Origin: an uncultured Acidobacteriota bacterium
Lineage (GTDB): Bacteria > Acidobacteriota > Thermoanaerobaculia > Multivoradales > UBA5704
Assembly: GCA_963700145.1 (NCBI GenBank)
Contig: OY969474.1
Location: 1,504,001-1,568,000, forward strand
Length of the DNA: 64,000 bases
Direction of reading: 5' to 3'
Shown here one piece after another: positions 17,857 through 46,110 of the stretch; position 1 is the stretch's first letter, and each line of letters starts with the position of its first letter. Position numbers and translations under genes: made by a program. Below the pieces are notes generated by a model, which worked only from the letters and a program-made list of their open reading frames with translations, was not told where the DNA came from and did no database searches.

Positions 17857-19427
17857 CACGGCGCCTCGCCGCCGCCGCCGCGCTCCTTCTCCTCGCCCTC
17901 CCGCCGGCGCCGGCGCCCGCCGCCGAAGGCCCCTTCCCCCGCCTCATCCTCCGCGGCGCGACCCTGATCGACGGCACCGGCGCCCCCGCCGTCGGCCCGG
18001 TGGACATCGTGATCGAGAAGGAGCGCATCGCGCAGGTGGCGATCGTCGGCGCGCCGGGCGTGCCGATCGACCCGGACGACCGCCCGAAGGCCGAGCCCAG
18101 CGACCGCGAGCTGGACCTCGCCGGGATGTACGTGCTGCCCGGCTTCATCGACCTCTACGGCCACCTCCACGAGCCCTTCGACTACAGCGCCAAGCTCTTC
18201 CTGGCCCACGGCGTCACCACCGCCCGCGAGCCGATATGCGCCGCCGGCGTGCCGCGCTGCCTGGCGTTGCGCGACGAGACCGCCAAGGGGACGAGCGTGG
18301 CGCCGCGGGTCGTGCCCTACGTCTACTTCGGCCTCACCGGACCGCAGCAGACGGCGCTGCTGCCCGACGAGGCCGCGGCCCGCCGCTGGGTGGCGGAGAC
18401 CGCCAAGGCCGGCGCCGCCGGCGTGCGCTTCCGCGACTTCTCCCCCGCGGTCCTCGCCGCGGCGGTCGACGAGGCGCACAAGCGCGGCCTCCGCACCTCC
18501 GCCCACCTCGACCAGCTCCTGGTGGCGCGCGCCGACGCCCTCGACGCGGCGCGCGCCGGGCTCGACATCCTGGAGCACTGGTACGGCCTCCCCGAGGCGC
18601 TCCTCGAGGGCCGCACCCTCCAGGACTTCCCGCCCGACTACAACTACAACGAGGTGCAGCAGCGCTTCGCCGCCGCCGGCAGGCTCTGGCGGCAGGCGGC
18701 GCCGCCGGGGAGCGAGCGCTGGAACGCGGTGCTCGCCGAGCTGGCGGAAGAGGGGCTGGTGCTGGTCCCCACCTTGAGCCTCTACGAGGCCAACCGCGAC
18801 CTGATGCGCGCCCGCACCGCCGAGTGGCACGCGCTCTACACCCTGCCGGCGCTCTGGGACTCCTTCGCCCCCGACCGCGCCGCCCACGCCGCGCACTGGT
18901 TCTACTGGACGACAGAGGAAGAGGTGGAGTGGGGGCGCAACTACCGCCTCTGGATGGAGCTCCTCAACGCCTACAAGAACCGCGGCGGCCCGGTGGCGGT
19001 GGGCTCGGACTCCGGCTTCATGTACAGCCTCCACGGCTTCGCTTACGTGCGCGAGCTGGAGCTGCTGCGCGAGGCGGGCTTCCACCCGCTGGAGGTGATC
19101 CGCGCCGCCACCCTAGAAGGCGCCCGGGCCCTCGGCCTCGACGCCGACTTGGGCAGCGTCGAGCCCGGCAAGCGCGCCGACCTCGTCGTCGTCGCCGAGA
19201 ACCCCCTCGCCAACCTGAAGGTCCTCTACGGCACCGGCGCCTTGAAGCTCGACGCCGACAACCGCCCCATCCGCGTCGGCGGCGTCCGCTGGACGATCAA
19301 GGACGGCGTCCTCCACGACGCGCCCGCGCTCCTCGCCGAGGTGCGGAAGACGGTCGCCGAGGCATGGGCGAAGGCGGGGCGCTCACCCGCGCAACCAGGG
19401 CTGGAGCCCGCGACGCCGAAGCCGTAG
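17853..19427 (+). CDS. Secreted amidohydrolase-superfamily protein
   Basis: ATGA overlap with the NRPS1 stop; signal peptide; LRGATLIDGTG, PGFIDLYGH, AHLD, LEHWYG, VGSDSG and GSVEPGKRADLVV motifs. Confidence 0.88.
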
Positions 19428-21677
19428 TTACTGCAGCCAGGCGTAGCCCACCTTGACGAAGAAGGCGCGGTCGCGTTGTCGGAGGTCGATCTCGACGCTC
19501 CCCTCGTAGTCGTCCGAGTAGCCCACCAGCAGCACCGTCTGCGGGTTCAGCTTGTAGGAGAAGAGGAACTGGGTGAAGAGGGTCTCCTCCTCGGGCGCCA
19601 CCGGGAAGGTCCAGCGCTCGACCTCCCGCTCGACGTCGAGGTACTGCACGATGACGCGCGCGAAGGAGCGGACGTTGAAGTGGTAGAGGAGCTTGCCCTG
19701 GGTCAGGTTCGCCTCCTGGAACCGCGGGCCGCTCTTGATGTCGAAGGTCTGCCAGGTGTGGTCGAACGACCCCTGGACGTGCCGGCCGATGCGGAAGTCG
19801 ATCGTCGGCTGGATGAGCTCGAACTCGGCCTGCCGGGCGTTGTTGAAGTCGATGATCTCGCCGCCGCGGATGAAGAGCTGGAGGCCGAGGTTGCCGCTCG
19901 GGCGCAGGCCGAGCAGCAGGTCGCGGCGGAAGTTCTCGTACTCGACGCCGCGGAAGGCCTCCTTGTTGGGGCGCAGCCCGAGGCGCGCGAGGCTCTGCAG
20001 CGCGCCCTCGTAGGTGAAGACGATGTTGGTGCTCTTCTCGAAGAGGTCGCCGTCGAAGGTCCGCGCGTCGTTGGTGTTGAGGTCGAATTGCAGGCGCGAG
20101 AACCAGCCGCCCTCGCGCCCCCACACCGTGCGCACTACCTGGCCGTAGGCCTCCTTGATGTCCACCTGCGGCAGGAAGCCGCTGTCGGCGCGGAACTCCG
20201 GATCGCGGGAGTTGTAGCCGAAGTCCCAGGCCCAGTTGCGGGTGGCGTGCGAGTAGTCGACGCGCCAGGCCGGGCCGCTGAGCTCGTCGAGCGGCTGGCC
20301 GTTGTCGATCGCCACCTGCCGGTCGTAGCGGGTCTCGGAGTTGACCGCCTGGAAGCGGATGGTGTCGGCGTCGGTCGGGCGCAGCGAGCCGTCGAGGCCG
20401 TAGACGCGGTTGAAGTAGTCGCCGTCCCCCTCGCGGTCGGCGAGGAGGACGCCCAAAGTCGAGGTCTTGCCGATGTCGCGCCGCCAGCGCACGACGGCGC
20501 TGCGCACGTCCTCGTCGAGCGAGGTGAAGCCCGACTCCTCGGCGCCGGGGAAGATCAGGTTGTTGATGCGGTCCTCGGCGGCGAAGACGCCGAAGGCGTT
20601 GCTCCCTTCCTTGCCGGTGAGCTTGAGCCCGACCTTGGGGTCGGCGACCGTGCGGGTGAAGACGACCTGGTAGGGGGTGGCGAAGAAGTCCGCCCCCTCG
20701 AGGAAGAACGGCCGCTTCTCAGGGAAGAAGAGGGCGAAGCGCTCGTTGACGTTGAGCTGGGCGACGTCGGCCTCGACCTGCGAGAAGTCGGGGTTGACGG
20801 CGGCGTTGAGCGCCACGTTGGGCGTGATCGCCCAGCGCACTGAGACGCCGGCCTCGAACTCCTCGTCCCCCGACGCCAGCGGCTGGTCGAGGGCCGACCG
20901 CTCGTCGGTGCGCTTGGCGGTCACCGTCGGGACGACCTCCAGGTTGTAGCCGCTCTCGACACGCTGGAACCCCTCGATCGAGTCGAACTGGCAGACCAGG
21001 CAGTCGAGGCTGCGGTCGTTGCGCGTCGAGCGGAGCTGGTGGAGGACCGAGCGCGGGTAGGCGCGCAGCGCCAGGAACCCCCAGGTCTGCGGCCGCTCGC
21101 CGCGCGGGAAGCGGAGCTGCTTCCAGGGGACGGCGATCTCCACCTCGTAGCCGTCCGTGGTGATCCTGCCGGCCGAGTCCCAGATGGCGTCCCAGGAGAA
21201 GTCCTCGGTGGCGTCGACGTCGCTCACCGTCGCCTCCATCTGCACCCCCAGCGGGTTGACGCGGAACTCGAAGGCGCGGCGGCGGTCGTTGAAGGTGTCG
21301 ATCATGAAGCCGACGGCGTCGTCGTTGAAGGCGGTGTCGCGGTCGGCCAGGTAGGCGCGGATCGCGCCCGGCTCGGGGTCGTGGGCGCGGAAGCCGACGT
21401 AGAGGTTCTCGTCGTCGAAGGTGACCAGGCACTCGGTGGCAACCGGCGGCGGGGTGTTGTCGCCCGGCAGCCACTCGTGAGTGAGCGGGACGACCGCGGC
21501 GGTCTCCCAGGCGGTCTCAGAAAGGGCGCCGTCCACCGCGATGTCCGAGGCGGCCGGGGCGACGGGGAAATAGTTGCGGCCCGGCTTCTCGCCGGGGTCG
21601 GCCTGCTGGGCGGTGGCGATCAGGGCGGGGCAGAACAGCACGACAAAACACGCCGCGAGGCGCGCAAAGGCTCCCAT
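19428..21677 (-). CDS. DUF5916-like exported/outer-membrane protein with N-terminal carbohydrate-binding family 9-like domain
   Basis: Start MGAFARLAAC after GAGGAGG. IAVDGALSETAW, DTFNDRRRAFEFRVNPLG, NPDFSQVEAD and FFPEKRPFFLEG motifs; C-terminal FFVKVGYAW beta-strand. Confidence 0.85.
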   Translation of the reverse strand: MGAFARLAACFVVLFCPALIATAQQADPGEKPGRNYFPVAPAASDIAVDGALSETAWETAAVVPLTHEWLPGDNTPPPVATECLVTFDDENLYVGFRAHDPEPGAIRAYLADRDTAFNDDAVGFMIDTFNDRRRAFEFRVNPLGVQMEATVSDVDATEDFSWDAIWDSAGRITTDGYEVEIAVPWKQLRFPRGERPQTWGFLALRAYPRSVLHQLRSTRNDRSLDCLVCQFDSIEGFQRVESGYNLEVVPTVTAKRTDERSALDQPLASGDEEFEAGVSVRWAITPNVALNAAVNPDFSQVEADVAQLNVNERFALFFPEKRPFFLEGADFFATPYQVVFTRTVADPKVGLKLTGKEGSNAFGVFAAEDRINNLIFPGAEESGFTSLDEDVRSAVVRWRRDIGKTSTLGVLLADREGDGDYFNRVYGLDGSLRPTDADTIRFQAVNSETRYDRQVAIDNGQPLDELSGPAWRVDYSHATRNWAWDFGYNSRDPEFRADSGFLPQVDIKEAYGQVVRTVWGREGGWFSRLQFDLNTNDARTFDGDLFEKSTNIVFTYEGALQSLARLGLRPNKEAFRGVEYENFRRDLLLGLRPSGNLGLQLFIRGGEIIDFNNARQAEFELIQPTIDFRIGRHVQGSFDHTWQTFDIKSGPRFQEANLTQGKLLYHFNVRSFARVIVQYLDVEREVERWTFPVAPEEETLFTQFLFSYKLNPQTVLLVGYSDDYEGSVEIDLRQRDRAFFVKVGYAWLQ

Positions 21678-21768
21678 GTGAGGATCCTCCTCGTTTCCAG
21701 AGTGTCCCATGAAGGCTACCGGGAGACGGAGCGCTAGACTCGGGCCCGGAATCCGAAGGAGGCGAGCG

Positions 21769-23328
21769 ATGCGGCAGAGCTGGAAGCGGCGGGCGTGGCG
21801 GTCGGCGGCGGCGGTGGTGATCCTCTCGGCCTTCGCGATGGCGGGCTGCCGGTCGGCGGGACCGGCCAAGCCGGGGGTGGTGGTCGAGCCGGCCCCGGCG
21901 CCCGGCGCGGCGGCGGGCGCCGTCATGCTGCCGCCGCGGGTCGAGCTGGCCCCGTGCGGTCCGGCGCAGCTCGGCCCGCAGCCCGCGCCGGAGATGGCCG
22001 GCGCGCAGTGCGGCGTCTACGAGGTCTTCGAGAACCAGCGCACGCGCGCCGGCCGCACCATCCCGCTGCAGGTCCTGGTGCTGCCCGCGACCGGCCCCGA
22101 GCGGCAGCCGGACCCTCTCCTGGTGCTGCTCGGCGGCCCCGGCCAGGGCGCGGTCGCCGCGGCGCCGATCTTCGCCAAGGCGTTCGCGCCGCTGCGGCAG
22201 AAGCGCGACCTGGTCTTCATCGACCAGCGCGGCACCGGCGGCTCGCGCCCGCTACACTGCCCGCTGCCCGGCAGCGACGACGACCCGCAGGCCTTCCTCG
22301 GCGACTTCCTGCCGGTCGAGGCCGTGCGCGCCTGCCTCGCCGCGCTCGACGCCGACCCGCGCCTCTACACCACGACGCACGCGGTCGAGGACCTCGAGGA
22401 GGTGCGCTCGGCCCTCCAGTACCCGCGCCTCAACGTCTTCGGCCACTCCTACGGCTCGCGCACGGCGCTGGTCTGGATGCGCACCTTCCCGGCGAGCGTG
22501 CGCGCCGCGGTCCTCTACGGCGCGGCGCCCACCGACATGCACCCCCCCCTCAACCACGCGCCCGACGCCCAACGCGCGCTCGACCGCCTGCTGGCGGAGT
22601 GCGCCGCCGACGCCGCCTGCGGCGCCGCCTACCCCGACCTGCCGGGCAAGCTCCAAGAGGTGCTGGCGCGGCTGGCGGCGGCGCCGGCGGAAGTCGAGAT
22701 CGAGGACCCGAAGACCAAGCGGCCGGTGCGGCTGCGGTTGTCCCGTGACCTCTATGCCGAGGTGCTGCGCTGGCGCCTCTACGACGAGCGGGCGGCGAGC
22801 CTGCCGTCGTTCATCGCCGCCGCCCACGCCGGCGACTTCGCGCCGGTGGCCCGCGCGGCGCTCGGGCTGCGGCGGGCGGGCGCCACCGGCGCGCTCCTGG
22901 CGGTCGGGACGTTCCTCTCGACGACCTGCGCCGAGGACGTGCCCGAGATCGAGAAGGCGGAGGCCGACCGGCTGGCGAAGGGGACCTTCCTCGGCAGCTA
23001 CCGCGTGGATCAGCAGCGCCGCGCCTGCGAGGTCTGGCCGCGCAACGACCTGCCGCGCGGCTACGAGGCCCCGGTCACCGCGCCGGTCCCGACCCTCGTC
23101 GTCTCCGGCGAGCGCGACCCGGTGACCCCGCCGCGCTGGGGCGAGAAGGTCACGAGCCACCTGCCACGTGCCAGCCACCTCGTCCTCCCCCACGGCGCCC
23201 ACGGCGTCCCCGGCCCCTGCCTGGCCGAAGTCTTCGCCGAATTCCTCGACCGCGCCGACCCGCAAGGGCTCGACACGAGCTGTGTCGAGAAGATCGAGCG
23301 GCCGGCGTTCGTGCTGCCTGGGGGGTAA
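21769..23328 (+). CDS. Alpha/beta hydrolase lipoprotein (S33/TAP-like peptidase)
   Basis: AAGGAGG RBS before ATG 21769; lipobox AMAGC; GGPG, DQRGTG, GHSYG nucleophile, GERDPVT and GAHG triad motifs. Confidence 0.88.
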   Translation: MRQSWKRRAWRSAAAVVILSAFAMAGCRSAGPAKPGVVVEPAPAPGAAAGAVMLPPRVELAPCGPAQLGPQPAPEMAGAQCGVYEVFENQRTRAGRTIPLQVLVLPATGPERQPDPLLVLLGGPGQGAVAAAPIFAKAFAPLRQKRDLVFIDQRGTGGSRPLHCPLPGSDDDPQAFLGDFLPVEAVRACLAALDADPRLYTTTHAVEDLEEVRSALQYPRLNVFGHSYGSRTALVWMRTFPASVRAAVLYGAAPTDMHPPLNHAPDAQRALDRLLAECAADAACGAAYPDLPGKLQEVLARLAAAPAEVEIEDPKTKRPVRLRLSRDLYAEVLRWRLYDERAASLPSFIAAAHAGDFAPVARAALGLRRAGATGALLAVGTFLSTTCAEDVPEIEKAEADRLAKGTFLGSYRVDQQRRACEVWPRNDLPRGYEAPVTAPVPTLVVSGERDPVTPPRWGEKVTSHLPRASHLVLPHGAHGVPGPCLAEVFAEFLDRADPQGLDTSCVEKIERPAFVLPGG

Positions 23329-23331
23329 AGC

Positions 23332-23445
23332 TCAGCCGCTGGTCGTGCCGCGCGCTTTCGCCACGTCGGCGAGGGCGGCCAGGAACACGTCGGGATTGGG
23401 ATCTTCCAACGCCGCGGTCAGGTACTCCGCAATCGTCTCCACCGC
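23332..23445 (-). pseudogene. Remnant of an addiction-module antidote protein (HI1420-like)
   Basis: ETIAEYLTAALEDPNPDVFLAALADVAKARG matches the N-terminal half of this antitoxin family as I recall it. It stops before the HTH, and the 5' end is replaced by the tandem repeat. Confidence 0.65.
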
Positions 23446-23449
23446 GGCC

Positions 23450-23680
23450 GCCGACCCACTCGGTTCCGCTGCGGACCCACTCGGTTCGGCCGGTGGACCC
23501 AGTCGGTTCCGTCGCGGACCCACTCAGTTCGCCGCTGGACCCACTCGGTTCGGCCGATGACCCACCCGGTTCGCCGCCGGACCCACTCGGTTCAGCCGCC
23601 GATCCAGCCGGTTCGGCCGCTGCTCCAGTCGGTTCGGCCGCCGACCCACTTGGTTCGGCCGCCGACCCACCCATTCGGCC
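23450..23680. repeat. Degenerate 21-bp tandem repeat, about 11 copies
   Basis: Consensus GCCGACCCACTCGGTTCGGCC, head-to-tail without spacers; one unit is 22 nt. Confidence 0.92.
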
Positions 23681-23752
23681 GCCGGTTTACCCTGTCCCGC
23701 TCGCGGGCTGGGCGAACACCGTACAATTGGCGCTCGCGGCGGAGGGGGACGT

Positions 23753-24757
23753 GTGCCGCAACACGAAATGACTCAGCGACTTCGCGGATGGTCTACGGTG
23801 AGGACGGCAGCACTGCTGCTCTGCGCCGTTTTGTGCGCCGGCGGCGCCTGGGCCGTGCCGAACGGGCCGGTCGCGGCCGCCGCCCCGGCTCCCGGTCTCG
23901 AGGGGCTGTGGGAGGGGCTGATCGTCTATCGCTCCGCCGAGGTCGAGATCGAGTTCGCCGTCGAGGTCGCGCGCGACGCGAACGGCAAGCTGGTGGGGAC
24001 GATCGACATCCCGAACCAGCAGCTCCAGTTCCACCCCCTCGACCGCGTGGCGCTCGACGGGCGCAAGGGGGAGCTTGCGTTCACCTGGTTCGTGCCGCAC
24101 GCGCAGCAGAACGTCTCGACGACCTTCACCGGCACCCTGACCGGCGACGGCAAGAGCTTCGCCGGCACCCTGGTCGAGAGCGACGCGCCGGAGACCAGCG
24201 TCCCCTTCACCATGCGCCGGGTCGGCGACCCCGGCACGCCGCGCCCGGAGACCAAGCAGGGCGCGCTCCTGCCCCTCTCCCCCGCCGCCGCCGAGCTCAA
24301 GGAAGCCTTCAACCGCGACGCCGGGAAGACCCGCCTCGTCATGCTCCTCTCCCCGACGTGAGGGGTGTGCCTGATCAGCGCCCGGGTGGTGCAACGTTAC
24401 GTGCTGGACGAGATCGCGAGCGACGACCTGCGGGTCTACACGGTCTGGGGGCCGATGCTGGGCGACGAGAAGGAGCCCGACGCCCGACGCGCCACGGTCT
24501 CTCTCCCCGATCCGCGGGTGAGTCACTTCTGGACCGATGCGCACGGCGTCGCCGAGGCGTTCCAGGCGCCGCTCGCGCTGACCGCGGAGCGCGCCTGGGA
24601 TACTTTCCTGCTCTACCCGCCGGACGCCCGCTGGGCGGAGGCGGCTCCCGCGCCGACCTACTACATGCACGTCGGCAAGCCGCTCCCCAAGGAGCGGCGG
24701 CTGAACGGGCAGAAGCTGGCCGACCAGGTGCGCGCCACGCTCGGGGGGGCCAGATAG
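23753..24757 (+). CDS. Putative secreted selenoprotein with C-terminal thioredoxin-like UxxC domain
   Basis: Track ORFs 23753..24361 and 24365..24757 are in frame, separated only by TGA 24359-24361 plus GGG. Read-through gives RLVMLLSPT-U-GVCLISARVVQ. GGAGG RBS, signal peptide and SECIS-like hairpin. Confidence 0.82.
24362..24400 (+). promoter_or_regulatory. Putative bacterial SECIS element
   Basis: Stem GCGCC (24378-82) / GGUGC (24388-92) with loop CGGGU. G is at loop position 2 and the loop starts 21 nt after the UGA. Folded by eye only. Confidence 0.55.
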
Positions 24758-24770
24758 GTCACCCGGGCTG

Positions 24771-41531
<16,761 letters not shown>

Positions 41532-41546
41532 CGCAGAATCGCCGGC

Positions 41547-42323
41547 GTGACCGGCCCCACCCTCCGCGCCGTCCTCCTCGGCGCCAGCAACGTCACCTTC
41601 TCGCTCCCCGCCTGGGTGGCGCGGCTGCGCGGGGCCGCCAGCGGGCCGGTCGAGGTGCTTACCGCCTGCGGCAACGGCCGCTCCTACGGCATCGAGAGCC
41701 GCTTCCTCTTCCTCCGGCGGCTGCCGGGCATCCTCGACTGCGGGCTCTGGGAGGAGCTGGCGCGCCGCCCGCCGCTGCCGACCGTGGCGCTGGTTGGCGA
41801 CGTCGGCAACGACATCCTCTACGAGCAGCCGGTGGAGCGGATCGCCGGCTGGGTGGACGACTCCCTGGCGCGGCTGAGCGGGCTCGGCGCGCGCACCGTC
41901 CTCGCCACCGGCTCGCTGCCGGTGATCGAAGGTGTGGGGCCGCTCCGCTACCTCGCCATGCGCACCTTCTTCTTCCCCGGCCGCACCCTGTCCTTCGCGC
42001 CGGCGCGCGAGCGGGCGCTGGCGCTCGACGCCGCGCTGCGCCGGCTCGCCGCGGCGCGCGGCGTCCCGCTTCTCGTGCCGGAGCCTTCCTGGTACCGGGG
42101 CGATCCGATCCACCTACGGCCCTCCTGTCGCGGCCTCGCCTGCGACGCCGCGCTCGCCGCCTGGGGGCTGCCCTGCCGGACGCCGGCGCCGCCCCCCGGT
42201 CCGCGCCGCCACCGCGGCCTCCCCGGCCTCCCCTTCCATCGCGAGCGCTTCTGCGGCGTGACGCTCCGCACCGCGCAGCCGGCGCACCGCTACGCCGACG
42301 GCACGAGCGTCAGCTTTTTCTAA
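41547..42323 (+). CDS. SGNH/GDSL-hydrolase-like protein
   Basis: LLGASN (block I-like), GDVGND (block III-like) and DPIH (block V-like) motifs; 15 nt after the TE stop. Confidence 0.6.
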   Translation: MTGPTLRAVLLGASNVTFSLPAWVARLRGAASGPVEVLTACGNGRSYGIESRFLFLRRLPGILDCGLWEELARRPPLPTVALVGDVGNDILYEQPVERIAGWVDDSLARLSGLGARTVLATGSLPVIEGVGPLRYLAMRTFFFPGRTLSFAPARERALALDAALRRLAAARGVPLLVPEPSWYRGDPIHLRPSCRGLACDAALAAWGLPCRTPAPPPGPRRHRGLPGLPFHRERFCGVTLRTAQPAHRYADGTSVSFF

Positions 42324-42415
42324 TCGTTCGCGCCGCTGCGCGGCGAGGGGAACGGTCCTCGGCGGGCGTTGTGTCCTTCGTGTGTGTGACAGACTTGCCC
42401 GTGAGTACCGGCCAC

Positions 42416-45091
<2,676 letters not shown>

Positions 45092-45114
45092 CTTTCTTTA
45101 TCCGAGGAGGGATC

Positions 45115-45567
45115 ATGTCGAGGATCCGTTGGACCGTTCTCGCCGCCGCCGCCCCGCTCGTCCTGCTCGCCCTCGCCTGCGGCAGCGCGCCGCCGTCCGA
45201 GGGGACGTACGCCGCCGCCCCCGCCACCAAGGCCGCAGACGCCGCCACCGCGTGCGACCCGACGCCGCGCAACCACGTCATCGAGGTGGGGGGGCAGGTG
45301 AGCTGCAAGGACCCCCACGTCTCCAAGAACAATGGGAACCAGATCACTTGGCGCTCGGTGGTGGTCGGCAGCAACCTGGAGATCAAGTTCAAGCCCAAGG
45401 CCGGAGTCGATCCATTCCCCAGCCTGAGCTGCCCGGGCACCACCCCGGTGTGCAACTCGGGGCCGATCGCGGCGGCAGCGAACGGCGCCTACGACTACGA
45501 CATCTGGCTGGTGGCGTCGGGCGGCGTCAAGACGCAGATCGACCCCGGGGTGATCATCGACCCGTAG
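45115..45567 (+). CDS. Small beta-rich lipoprotein
   Basis: GAGGAGG RBS; lipobox LALAC; four further Cys; C-terminus IDPGVIIDP. Confidence 0.8.
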   Translation: MSRIRWTVLAAAAPLVLLALACGSAPPSEGTYAAAPATKAADAATACDPTPRNHVIEVGGQVSCKDPHVSKNNGNQITWRSVVVGSNLEIKFKPKAGVDPFPSLSCPGTTPVCNSGPIAAAANGAYDYDIWLVASGGVKTQIDPGVIIDP

Positions 45568-45574
45568 CCGGCTC

Positions 45575-46009
45575 TCAGGTGGCGCGGACCGCGGTGTCGG
45601 CGACCTCGGGGGGCAGCGCCACGTCCCCCGGCGCCGAGGTGAGCGCCTGGCGCATCGCCTCGAGTTCGCGCAGGTGCTCCTTCTGCGCCGCCACGACGCG
45701 CAGCAGGGCGTCGGCGGTCGCCGGGTCGAGGTCGCGGATCATCTTGGGGTAGAGCACGTCGTTCTCGAAGCGCTCCTCGGCGATGGCGTCGGCGATGTCG
45801 GTGGCGCCGCCGCGCACCTGCTCGGCGGCCTCGAGGAGGGCCACGGCGAGGGCGTCCTTGGCGCCGGCCAGCCGCTGCCAGCGGCGGGCGAGGTTGGGGT
45901 GGCCGTCGCGCTCGGCGCGGGCGGCGTTGGCGCGGAAGCGGGCGGCACTGACCGCTTCGGCGGTGAAGGCGGTCTTCAGGTGCTCCTGGAAGCGCGGGAT
46001 CCTGGACAT
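45575..46009 (-). CDS. Rubrerythrin/ferritin-like protein
   Basis: LKTAFTAEAVSAARF...AERDG...AIAEERFENDVLYP...QKEH four-helix pattern; no rubredoxin domain. Confidence 0.75.
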   Translation of the reverse strand: MSRIPRFQEHLKTAFTAEAVSAARFRANAARAERDGHPNLARRWQRLAGAKDALAVALLEAAEQVRGGATDIADAIAEERFENDVLYPKMIRDLDPATADALLRVVAAQKEHLRELEAMRQALTSAPGDVALPPEVADTAVRAT

Positions 46010-46110
46010 GGCTGGGGATTCTATCGAAGGAAACTTCACTCGCCGGCTGGCGTAGTCTTCGGGCAGGCGTCCGGCGCCGCGATGGCGCCCGGCGGCTGCC
46101 TCCCGAACCC

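Noticed and set aside
23450-23680. Possible CRISPR array
   Set aside because: Units are head-to-tail 21-mers with no unique spacers, and there are no cas genes in the window.
24359-24361. TGA as an ordinary stop or as Trp under an alternative genetic code
   Set aside because: Other genes here end in TGA and use TGG for Trp. The downstream ORF lacks a convincing RBS, and the codon falls exactly at a CxxC position.
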